Shown here: positions 25,505 to 32,845 of the stretch, piece after piece
Layout: each line of letters begins with the position of its first letter
Position numbering within the stretch: the stretch's first letter is position 1
Source of the DNA: a virus
Lineage: Duplodnaviria > Caudoviricetes
IMG/VR virus record: IMGVR_UViG_3300025018_000375
Span: 1-32,845 of that record
Reading direction: 5' to 3' (one strand)
DNA length: 32,845 bases
Program-made: the position numbers and the translations under genes
The notes under the pieces: model-generated
What the model was told of the DNA's origin: nothing
Databases searched by the model: none
The model's input: the letters and a program-made list of their open reading frames with translations, nothing else

Positions 25505-25787
25505 CCAGGTGCGGTGGCTCGAACCAGAGGAACAAAATCAGCGGTTGCGCCAGGCCGCCCAAGAAAACCTTGCGAGGATGCGGCGCCTTGCCCAGCGGTT
25601 GATTGCGGTGCTGGAAGAAGAGGACCCCCAAAACCTGTATGTAACCGTCGATGCTCTGAGCTTGGCGACGGTGCACATGTGCGGCTTGCGCGGTCTGCGC
25701 CGCTACCTGGAACTAGCGGAAGAGCGTGCGAAATACTTCGACAAAGAAGAGACCAGCGGTCTTGGCGACCGCGTCCTTAACTCCTGA
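25497..25787 (+). CDS. Hypothetical protein
   Basis: Overlaps gp37 stop; helical; 3' overlap with opposite-strand gene. Confidence 0.45.
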   Translation: MCDQVRWLEPEEQNQRLRQAAQENLARMRRLAQRLIAVLEEEDPQNLYVTVDALSLATVHMCGLRGLRRYLELAEERAKYFDKEETSGLGDRVLNS

Positions 25788-26126
25788 GCCGAGAGCGGAA
25801 ACGAGTTGGTCTCCGATGGAGCGCGACGGGTGTACAGACGATGGGATGGACTTGAGGGCTTCCAGCCCTTTGACGGAAAGGGTTGCGCCGACCATGCCGT
25901 GTTCTGCCCAGTGGCCCAAGAGAAATCCGGAGTCCGCCAGCCACCGCAAGGTGAGGGCCACGAACTCGACTTCTTTTGGCGTGGCGCCGAATTCATCCGC
26001 CTGCCCCTGGGGAACCCCAGCCAGGACAAAGGCGTCGAGTGCGCAGCGCTCCGGGAACTGCTGGTAGAGCTGCCCAAGAATGACGCCCGCGTATGCGTTG
26101 AAGCGATCCACATTGGAGGATGACAT
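25713..26126 (-). CDS. Counter-oriented winged-helix-like hypothetical protein
   Basis: NVDRFN...LYQQFP...TLRWLADSGFL...LSVKGLEALKSIP. Confidence 0.7.
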   Translation of the reverse strand: MSSSNVDRFNAYAGVILGQLYQQFPERCALDAFVLAGVPQGQADEFGATPKEVEFVALTLRWLADSGFLLGHWAEHGMVGATLSVKGLEALKSIPSSVHPSRSIGDQLVSALGSGVKDAVAKTAGLFFVEVFRTLFR

Positions 26127-26165
26127 GCCACGCAGCGTGACACGGCGCAGCCGCAAGAGCAACCC

Positions 26166-26741
26166 ATGACCGATCTGCCCTATCGCGTGGCCGAGCTGGA
26201 ACGGCGGCTGGCGAATCTGTTGCGGGTGGGCCGGGTGGAGGCGCTGGATGCGGCCGCGGCGCGGGTGCGGGTGCAGACGGGCGAGCTCGTGACGGCCTGG
26301 CTGCCGTGGGTGACCCGGCGGGCCGGGCCGGATGCCGAGTGGTGGGCGCCGGAGGCGGGGGAGCAGGTGCTGCTACTCGCTCCCGGCGGCGACCTGGCCC
26401 TGGGGGTGGTGCTGCCGGCCCTGTACCAAACCGCGTACCCGGCGCCGGGCAGCGCGGCCACGCTGCACAAGACGACCTACGCCGACGGGGGCTTTGCGAG
26501 CTACGACCGAGCCAGCGGGGCGGCCGAGCTGAACGCGGTGGGGAACGTGACCGTGACGGCGGGCGGGGCGGTGGCCCTTACCGCCAGCGACGGCGCCGCA
26601 GAGGTGACCGCCTCGGGTACGGTGAAGCTCTGCGGGGGCGGGCTTGCCGCCGCCAAGGGGGTGGTGCAGGGCGATTGTATTTGCGCCTACACCGGCACCC
26701 CGCATCCGATGGTTTCGGCCACAGTACAAGGGAGCCTGTAG
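26166..26741 (+). CDS. Baseplate spike protein V (P2 gpV-like)
   Basis: ELERRLANLLRVGRV, TAWLPW, WWAPEAGEQV. Confidence 0.92.
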   Translation: MTDLPYRVAELERRLANLLRVGRVEALDAAAARVRVQTGELVTAWLPWVTRRAGPDAEWWAPEAGEQVLLLAPGGDLALGVVLPALYQTAYPAPGSAATLHKTTYADGGFASYDRASGAAELNAVGNVTVTAGGAVALTASDGAAEVTASGTVKLCGGGLAAAKGVVQGDCICAYTGTPHPMVSATVQGSL

Positions 26742-26743
26742 CG

Positions 26744-26956
26744 ATGGCGATGACCGGCAACGGCTTGTGGTCTGCGCGCAAGGCAGCCATGGACGCGGTA
26801 GCCGCGGTACAAGGCAACGCCGAGGCCGCGCAAGGCTACCGCGACGCCCTGGGTTTGGCGGATTCGACCGCCATTGTGAGCTACGTGACCGGCAACGCGG
26901 TGGTGACCACCACCAGCGGCGCGCCGGACGGCGAGCACACGGGGCAGGTGAGCTGA
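26744..26956 (+). CDS. Hypothetical protein
   Basis: GGGAG RBS; MAMTGNGLWSARK...; TGATG coupling to next gene. Confidence 0.6.
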   Translation: MAMTGNGLWSARKAAMDAVAAVQGNAEAAQGYRDALGLADSTAIVSYVTGNAVVTTTSGAPDGEHTGQVS

Positions 26957-27129
26957 TGCGCTACCGGGTAGAACGTTCCCTGCTAGACCCCGCCGGCCGC
27001 CCGGTGGCGGTGGGCGCAACGGTGGAGTGGAGTGAGCGCCAGGCGCGCTATGCGGTGTTGGCCGGCAAGCTGGTGCCGCTAGCAGAGACGCAAAAACAGC
27101 CGAAACCCAAGAGGAGGAAGCGGCCATGA
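26956..27129 (+). CDS. Small protein upstream of sheath gene
   Basis: MRYRVERSLL...QARYAVLAGKL; coupled on both sides. Confidence 0.6.
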   Translation: MRYRVERSLLDPAGRPVAVGATVEWSERQARYAVLAGKLVPLAETQKQPKPKRRKRP

Positions 27130-28337
27130 GTACGACCTTTTTGCACGGCGTTGAGGTGATGGAGATCGACGACGGGCCGCGCCCGATTCAGACCGTGCGC
27201 TCGAGCGTGATTGGCCTCGTTGGTACGGCCCCCAACGCCGACGCCGCGGCTTTTCCCCTGAATACCCCCGTGCTGGTGGCGGGTAGCCGGGCCGCCGCGG
27301 CCGACCTGGATACGGTGGGCACGGGGCTGGGTACCCTGCCGGCGGCGATGGACGGCATTTTTGACCAGGTGGGCGCGGCGGTGGTGGTGATTCGCGTGGA
27401 GGAGGGCGCCGACGCGGCGGCGACCCTGGTGAACGTGTTGGGCGGGGTGGACGTAGACACCGGGGCCTACAGCGGGGTGCACGCGCTGTTGGGCGCAGAC
27501 GCCGCGCTGGGGGTGACGCCGCGCATTTTGTGCGTGCCGGGGTTTACCGGCAACCGCCCCGAGGATCCCGGGGTGCCGGGAACCTACCTGGCCAACCCGG
27601 TGGTGAGCGAGCTGTTGGCCATTGCCGACCGGCTACGGGCGGTGATTATCGCCGACGGCCCCTCGACCAACGACGCCGAGGCGATTTTGTACGCGGGGGA
27701 CTTCGGCAGCAAGCGGGTCTACGTGGTAGACCCCGCGGTGAAGATGATCGACAGCGCCGGCAGTGTGGCGGTAGAACCGGCGAGCGCCCGGGTGGCGGGG
27801 ATCATCGCCAAGAGCGACGCGGAACGCGGCTTTTGGTGGAGCCCCAGCAATCGCGAGATGTACGGGATTGTGGGCACCGAGCGGGCGATCGACTTTGCCC
27901 TGGGCGACCTGAACGCCCGCGCCAATCTGCTCAACGAAGCCAAGGTGGCGACCATCATCCGCCAGAATGGCTACCGCCTGTGGGGCAACCGCACGCTCTC
28001 CAGTGATGCCAAGTGGGCGTTCCTCTCTGTGGTACGCACGGCGGACATGATTCACGACAGCCTGTTGCGGGCACACCTGTGGGCGGTAGACCGCAACATT
28101 ACCAAGACCTACCTGGAAGACGTGGTGGAGGGGGTGAACGCCTACCTGCGCACACTGAAAAGCCTGGGGGCGATTCTTGGCGGCCGCTGCTGGGCCGACC
28201 CGGACCTGAACACGCCCGCCAACCTGGCCGCCGGGCATGTGTACTTCGACTTCGACTTTACGCCCCCGGCGCCGGCTGAGCATGTGGAGTTTCGCTCGCG
28301 CCTGGTGAACGACTACTTCGAAGAGGTGGTGGGATAG
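27126..28337 (+). CDS. Tail sheath protein (P2 FI-like)
   Basis: FLHGVEV, GFWWSPSN, GYRLWGNRT, VRTADMI. Confidence 0.95.
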   Translation: MSTTFLHGVEVMEIDDGPRPIQTVRSSVIGLVGTAPNADAAAFPLNTPVLVAGSRAAAADLDTVGTGLGTLPAAMDGIFDQVGAAVVVIRVEEGADAAATLVNVLGGVDVDTGAYSGVHALLGADAALGVTPRILCVPGFTGNRPEDPGVPGTYLANPVVSELLAIADRLRAVIIADGPSTNDAEAILYAGDFGSKRVYVVDPAVKMIDSAGSVAVEPASARVAGIIAKSDAERGFWWSPSNREMYGIVGTERAIDFALGDLNARANLLNEAKVATIIRQNGYRLWGNRTLSSDAKWAFLSVVRTADMIHDSLLRAHLWAVDRNITKTYLEDVVEGVNAYLRTLKSLGAILGGRCWADPDLNTPANLAAGHVYFDFDFTPPAPAEHVEFRSRLVNDYFEEVVG

Positions 28338-28366
28338 GAAGGGTGAAGGGTGAAGGGTGAAGGGTG
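28338..28366 (+). repeat. Heptamer tandem repeat (GAAGGGT) x4
   Basis: Read directly between sheath and tube genes. Confidence 0.9.
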
Positions 28367-28386
28367 CCTGGGCGTAAATAGAGGAG

Positions 28387-28896
28387 ATGACCATGGGATT
28401 GCCTAGCGTGTTGAAGAATTTCAACCTGTTCGTGGACGGCAAGGGCTACGCGGGCAAGGTGGACGAGGTGGAGCTGCCCAAGCTGACCATCAAGACCGAG
28501 GAGTACCGAGCCGGCGGCATGGACGCCCCGGTAGAGATCGACATGGGCATGGAGAAGCTCGAATGCTCGTTTACCCTCTCCGAGTACGACCCGGCCCTGT
28601 TTGCCATGTGGGGGCTGGTGCCGGGAAGTTGGGTGAACGTGACCCTGCGCGGCGCCATGGAGAACGCCGGGGTGGTGACCCCGGTGGTGGTGAGCCTGAC
28701 CGGGCGCTGGAAAGAGATCGATATGGGCACCTGGAAGGCCGGGGAGATCGCCAAACTGAAGATTACGGTGACCGGGCGCTTTTACGAGCTGTTGATCGGC
28801 GGCACGGCGGCGGTGCACATCGACCTGGAAAACATGATCCGGATCGTGGACGGGGTGGACCAACTGCTGGCGCTGCGCACCGCGATTGGGGCGTAG
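28387..28896 (+). CDS. Major tail tube protein (P2 FII-like)
   Basis: LPSVLKNFNLFVDG, EEYRAGGMD, GVDQL. Confidence 0.95.
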   Translation: MTMGLPSVLKNFNLFVDGKGYAGKVDEVELPKLTIKTEEYRAGGMDAPVEIDMGMEKLECSFTLSEYDPALFAMWGLVPGSWVNVTLRGAMENAGVVTPVVVSLTGRWKEIDMGTWKAGEIAKLKITVTGRFYELLIGGTAAVHIDLENMIRIVDGVDQLLALRTAIGA

Positions 28897-28899
28897 GCC

Positions 28900-29154
28900 A
28901 TGGAGACCTTGACCCTTGCCTACCCGGTAGAGGCCGACGGCGCACCCCTGGCCGAGCTGACCGTACGACGCCCCAAGGTGCGCGACCTGTTGGCGGCGGA
29001 GAAGGCCGGCGGCGGCGACGCGGGCCGCGAGGTGCGCCTGTTTGCCAACCTGTGCCAGGTGAGCCCGGCGACCATCGAGGCGTTGGACCTGGCCGACTAC
29101 AACCGGCTGCAGGAGGTGTACCGGGGTTTTTTGTCCCCGGCGCCGCGGCCCTGA
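28900..29154 (+). CDS. Tail assembly chaperone (P2 gpE-like)
   Basis: LTVRRPKVRDL, LFANLC, LDLADY. Confidence 0.9.
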   Translation: METLTLAYPVEADGAPLAELTVRRPKVRDLLAAEKAGGGDAGREVRLFANLCQVSPATIEALDLADYNRLQEVYRGFLSPAPRP

Positions 29155-29273
29155 GGCGGGCGGTGCTGGTGTTGAACAGCTATACCCGGTGGGGCCTGGC
29201 GGAGTTGACGGAGCTGGAGCCGGGGGAGCTGTTGGCGTGGTTGGACGCGGTGCCGGCGGTGTACCGGAGGTGA
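29127..29273 (+). CDS. -1 frameshift extension of chaperone (E+E'-like)
   Basis: T-TTT-TTG at 29127-29133; -1 frame encodes RWGLAELTELEPGELLAWL. Confidence 0.75.
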   Translation, partial: FFVPGAAALRRAVLVLNSYTRWGLAELTELEPGELLAWLDAVPAVYRR

Positions 29274-29286
29274 GGGCGGACTGGTT

Positions 29287-31266
29287 ATGAAGAACCTGAC
29301 CCTGGCAGTAGTGATCGGCGGCGCACTAAAGGCGTCGTTCGGGTCTGCCGTGGACGGTGCACAGCGCAAGATTCAGGGGTTGGGGGCGGCATGGAAGGAT
29401 GCCAGCGCCAGACAGGCCCGCATGGAACGGGCGATGGCGGGAAAGGATGCCGCTGCCGCCCGAATGCAGGGATTGAAGGCCGGAGCACTGGGCGCCACTG
29501 GCGCCCTGTATGCGTTGGGCCGCATGGTGACGGCGACGGCCGAGGTGATGCAGAGCCAAGGGGAGCTGGCCTCGCTGGGGGTGGATGTGGCGGGTGTGGA
29601 GGCAATTACCCGGGCCGGGCGGGAGTTCTCGGCTACCTGGGCGGGGACCACGGTGCCGGAGTTCCTGCGGGCGAGCTATGACGTGAAGAGCGGTATTGCC
29701 AGCCTGGGTGACGCGGCGGTGGGCGAGTTTACGCGTATGGCGGCCCTGACCGCGGCGGCCACTAAGGGCACTACCGGCGAGATGACCAACCTGTTTGCGA
29801 AGGGTTTCGGCATCTACCGGGGCGAGTTCGACGCCTTTGGCGCCCGGGTGGTGGCGGGCTGGCAGGGCCTGTCGGCGGAGGAGCGAGACATCGAGTTCGG
29901 CAAGTATTTCAGCGCCGGCATCAGCTCGGCGGTGCAGGCCTTTCGCACCACGGGCCCCGAGATGAGTGCGGCGCTGTCGAACCTGGGGGCCTCGGCTACT
30001 ACCGCCGGGGCGTCGTTTGCCGAGCAGTTGGCAGTGCTGGGCGAGTTGCAGCGCACCATGAGCGGCAGCGAGGCGGCGACCAAGTATCAGGCGTTTTTGG
30101 CCAACGCCAGCAAGGCCGCGGATAGCCTGGGCCTGGACGTGATCGACGCACAAACCGGCATGCTGCTGAGCGTGCCGGAGATTTTAGACCAGATCAGCGA
30201 CGCGTACGGCGGGGTGATCGACCAGGCGGCAAAAGACGAGTTGCGCAAGGCCTTCGGGGACAAAGAAGGCTCTGAGTTTGTGGACTTGCTGCTGACCCAG
30301 CGCGAGAGCCTGCGCCGCGGGGCGGCGGACATTGAGAAGGCCCTGGGCGGGGGCATGGCAAAGACCGAGGCCATGGCCAAGGCGGCGCAGAGCGGGCAGG
30401 CGTTTACCTTGCTGGGGCAGCAACTAGGACTGCTGAGTCAGACGCTGGGCCAATCGCTGTATCCGGCGGTGGCCACAGTGACCGAAGGCTTGGGCGGGCT
30501 GGTGGGTGCGGTGGCACGGGTGAGCGAGCGGGCGCCGTGGCTGGTGCAGGTGGTGGCCGGTGCGGTGGCGGGGTTTGCGCTACTGACCGGCGGGTTGTTC
30601 GCGGTTGCGGCCGCCACCTGGGCGTGGCATACGGCGCTCGCGGCCCCCGGCATAGGCTCTTTGCTGGCGAAGGTGGCGAGCCTGAACGTGGGTACAGCCC
30701 TGGCGGCGGTGCGCATGGGGGTGGTGGCGGTGGCAACCCACGCGTGGACGGCGGCCCAGTGGCTGTGGAACGCGGCGATGACCGCCAACCCCATTGGGCT
30801 GATTATTGTGGGTGTGGGCGCGTTGATCGCGGCCGGTGTGGCCCTGTGGCAGAACTGGGACACGGTGAAGGAGAAGCTGGGATCTGCCTGGGGGTGGATG
30901 AAGGGCGCCTTTGCCGCGGCGGTGGAGTGGATGGGCAAGGCCTGGGAGTCGTCCCCCTTGGGTTTGGTGCTGGGGGCCGGGCAGAAGCTGGCCAACTGGG
31001 CCGGCGGGCTGTTTGGCGAGGCCGCCCCGGCGGCGCGGGCTGCCGTGGTGGGTACGGCCTTGGCGGTGAGTCCCGCGGCGGCCAGCTTGCCCCCCACCGC
31101 GCAGCAGGCGGCGGTAACCTCGACCGTTAACGCCCCGATTAGCGTGACCGTAGCCCCCGGCAAGGAACGCGAGATGGCCGACGAGATTGCCCGCGCCCTG
31201 GCCGAGCAGGAACGCCACGCCGCGGCCCGGGCCAGGGCCTCGCTGTACGACGTGGGGGGCGCGTGA
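29287..31266 (+). CDS. Tail tape measure protein
   Basis: Ala-rich; SYDVKSGI, GSEAATKY, AQWLWNAAMTANPIG. Confidence 0.92.
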   Translation: MKNLTLAVVIGGALKASFGSAVDGAQRKIQGLGAAWKDASARQARMERAMAGKDAAAARMQGLKAGALGATGALYALGRMVTATAEVMQSQGELASLGVDVAGVEAITRAGREFSATWAGTTVPEFLRASYDVKSGIASLGDAAVGEFTRMAALTAAATKGTTGEMTNLFAKGFGIYRGEFDAFGARVVAGWQGLSAEERDIEFGKYFSAGISSAVQAFRTTGPEMSAALSNLGASATTAGASFAEQLAVLGELQRTMSGSEAATKYQAFLANASKAADSLGLDVIDAQTGMLLSVPEILDQISDAYGGVIDQAAKDELRKAFGDKEGSEFVDLLLTQRESLRRGAADIEKALGGGMAKTEAMAKAAQSGQAFTLLGQQLGLLSQTLGQSLYPAVATVTEGLGGLVGAVARVSERAPWLVQVVAGAVAGFALLTGGLFAVAAATWAWHTALAAPGIGSLLAKVASLNVGTALAAVRMGVVAVATHAWTAAQWLWNAAMTANPIGLIIVGVGALIAAGVALWQNWDTVKEKLGSAWGWMKGAFAAAVEWMGKAWESSPLGLVLGAGQKLANWAGGLFGEAAPAARAAVVGTALAVSPAAASLPPTAQQAAVTSTVNAPISVTVAPGKEREMADEIARALAEQERHAAARARASLYDVGGA

Positions 31267-31658
31267 GCGAGGTACTGTTGGCCCTGGGCACCTTTCGGTT
31301 TTCCATGGCGACGGCGGCCTACCAGAGCCTGCGCCGCACGGCCGAGTACCGCTGGCCGGCGCAAGAGCGCTACGGCCGCGAGCCGGCCCGGCAGTTTGTG
31401 GGGCCGGGCTCGGAAACCTTGGAGTTGGAAGGGGTGGTCTACCCCACCCACCAGGGCGGCACGGGCCAGGTGGCGGCCCTGCGCGCCCTGGCCGGCACGG
31501 GCCAGCCGCTTGACCTCTCTGACGGGCTGGGGGCGACCTGGGGGCAGTGGGTGATTGAACGGGTGGAAGAGACCCAGAGCGTGTTTTTTGGCGACGGCCG
31601 CCCCCGCAAGGTGGAGTTCCGTCTGGCGCTGGCCTACTACGGGGCGGCGCCGTCGTGA
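31263..31658 (+). CDS. Tail protein (P2 gpU-like)
   Basis: LALGTFRFS, YRWPAQER, QFVGPG, PRKVEF. Confidence 0.9.
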   Translation: MSEVLLALGTFRFSMATAAYQSLRRTAEYRWPAQERYGREPARQFVGPGSETLELEGVVYPTHQGGTGQVAALRALAGTGQPLDLSDGLGATWGQWVIERVEETQSVFFGDGRPRKVEFRLALAYYGAAPS

Positions 31659-32629
31659 CCCCCGATTATCGGCTGACCACCGGGGGCCGCGAGCTGACCG
31701 CGGCGCTTAAAGACCGCCTGTTGTCGCTGCGGGTGCGCGATGTGGCGGGAGTGGAAAACGACACCCTGGAGCTTACCCTGGATGACCGCGCACCGCACCT
31801 GGAGCTGCCCGACCCGGGGCTGGCGTTGGAGCTGGCCCTTGGCTACCGGCCGCGGCTGGTGAGCATGGGCCAGTGGACGATTGACGAGGTGGGCTGTGCG
31901 GGCTGGCCGGCGGTGGCGACGATCCGCGCGGTATCGGCCGACCTCAAAGCCGGCTTGAAGGCGCCTAGAGAACGCAGTTGGCCCGATGGCACCACCCTGG
32001 GGGCGTTGGTGCAGAGCCTGGCCGGCGAACACGGCTACACCCCGGTGATTGCGGCGGAGCTCTCTGGGGTGGTGTTGCCCCACATCGACCAAACCGAGAG
32101 CGACTTGCACTTGCTGACCCGGCTGGCCAAGGAGCATGACGCGGTGGCCAAGGCGGCCGGGACGCGGCTGGTGTGCGTGAAGCGCGGGCAGGCCAAGGCG
32201 GCCAGCGGGCAGCCCCTGGCGGCGGTGGCGCTGGCTGCCGCGGACCTGACGAGCTTTGATCTCACCCTGGCCGAGCGCGGCAAGTACCCGGCGGTGAAGG
32301 CCTACTGGCAAAATGTGGGCGCCGCGGAGCGGGTGGCGGTGACTGCCGGCAGCGGCACGCCGGTGCTGAACCTGCGCCACACCTACGCCAGCGCCGATAG
32401 CGCCACCCGGGCCGCCCATGCCCGCCTGGCTGCCGTGAACCGCGGCGCCGCGACCCTGCGCCTCTCCTGCCCCGGGAATCCCCTACTGGTAGCCGAGACC
32501 CGCCTGACCCTGACCGGGCTGCGCGCACCCGCGGCGGGGGCGTGGAGTGTGACCGCGGTGACCCATGTGCTGGATGGCAGCGGCTACCGCTGCGACATCG
32601 AGGCCGAACAGCCCGAGGACGAGGCCTAG
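31655..32629 (+). CDS. Baseplate hub (P2 gpD-like)
   Basis: DRLLSL, DTLELTLDD, HIDQTESDLHLLTRLA. Confidence 0.9.
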   Translation: MTPDYRLTTGGRELTAALKDRLLSLRVRDVAGVENDTLELTLDDRAPHLELPDPGLALELALGYRPRLVSMGQWTIDEVGCAGWPAVATIRAVSADLKAGLKAPRERSWPDGTTLGALVQSLAGEHGYTPVIAAELSGVVLPHIDQTESDLHLLTRLAKEHDAVAKAAGTRLVCVKRGQAKAASGQPLAAVALAAADLTSFDLTLAERGKYPAVKAYWQNVGAAERVAVTAGSGTPVLNLRHTYASADSATRAAHARLAAVNRGAATLRLSCPGNPLLVAETRLTLTGLRAPAAGAWSVTAVTHVLDGSGYRCDIEAEQPEDEA

Positions 32630-32631
32630 CC

Positions 32632-32845
32632 ATGCGCGGCATGAACGCGCAGAACGGCCAGCCCCTCACCGGCGTGGCGCACCTGCTCCAGAGCATCAGC
32701 GACATTTTGGCGACGCCCTTGGGTAGCCGGGTGATGCGCCGCGACTATGGCAGCCGGCTGTTTGAGCTGGTAGACCGCCCGCTGAACCCCGCCACCCGGA
32801 TAGAGCTGACCGCGGCCACGGCCGAGGCGCTAACCCGCTGGGAAC
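32632..32845 (+). CDS. Baseplate wedge GPW/gp25 protein (partial, cut by window end)
   Basis: Hand-translated MRGMNAQNG...HLLQSISDILATPLGSRVMRRDYGSRL...LTRWE. Confidence 0.9.
   Translation, partial: MRGMNAQNGQPLTGVAHLLQSISDILATPLGSRVMRRDYGSRLFELVDRPLNPATRIELTAATAEALTRWE

Larger units (their letters stand above)
36..32845. mobile_element. Mu-like transposable prophage, B3/BcepMu-type organisation, right end beyond window
   Basis: DDE transposase, AAA ATPase, Mor, GemA, Gam, Ner, Mu-type head module and contractile tail; early genes leftward, late genes rightward. Confidence 0.95.

Noticed and set aside
1-32845. tRNA, rRNA, reverse transcriptase/DGR, invertase
   Set aside because: None recognised in this window; the tail-fibre region lies outside it

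Overview
Most of a GC-rich transposable (Mu-like) prophage in the B3/BcepMu-type layout; the right end lies beyond the window. A probable left end sits near 36. The leftward early operon (165-11155) carries mor, gemA, gam, an ExeA-type ATPase, a DDE transposase, a DUF3102-like protein, an IclR HTH, ner and rha. It is followed by a divergent repressor with cargo genes and a palindrome-rich control region (12430-12920). The rightward late region holds lysis genes, Mu-type head genes and a P2-type contractile tail, cut off in baseplate gene W. Main non-obvious signals: (1) a complete type II hammerhead ribozyme just after the major capsid gene; (2) a MuF protein with a PBECR-like RNase domain followed by a compact pseudoknotted RNA instead of an immunity ORF; (3) two identically spaced late promoters; (4) long palindromes with degenerate copies inside the DUF3102-like gene; (5) an 18-bp inverted repeat bracketing the whole early region; (6) four counter-oriented morons; (7) a P2-type -1 frameshift. 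Protein names come from motif recognition and synteny, not database searches.
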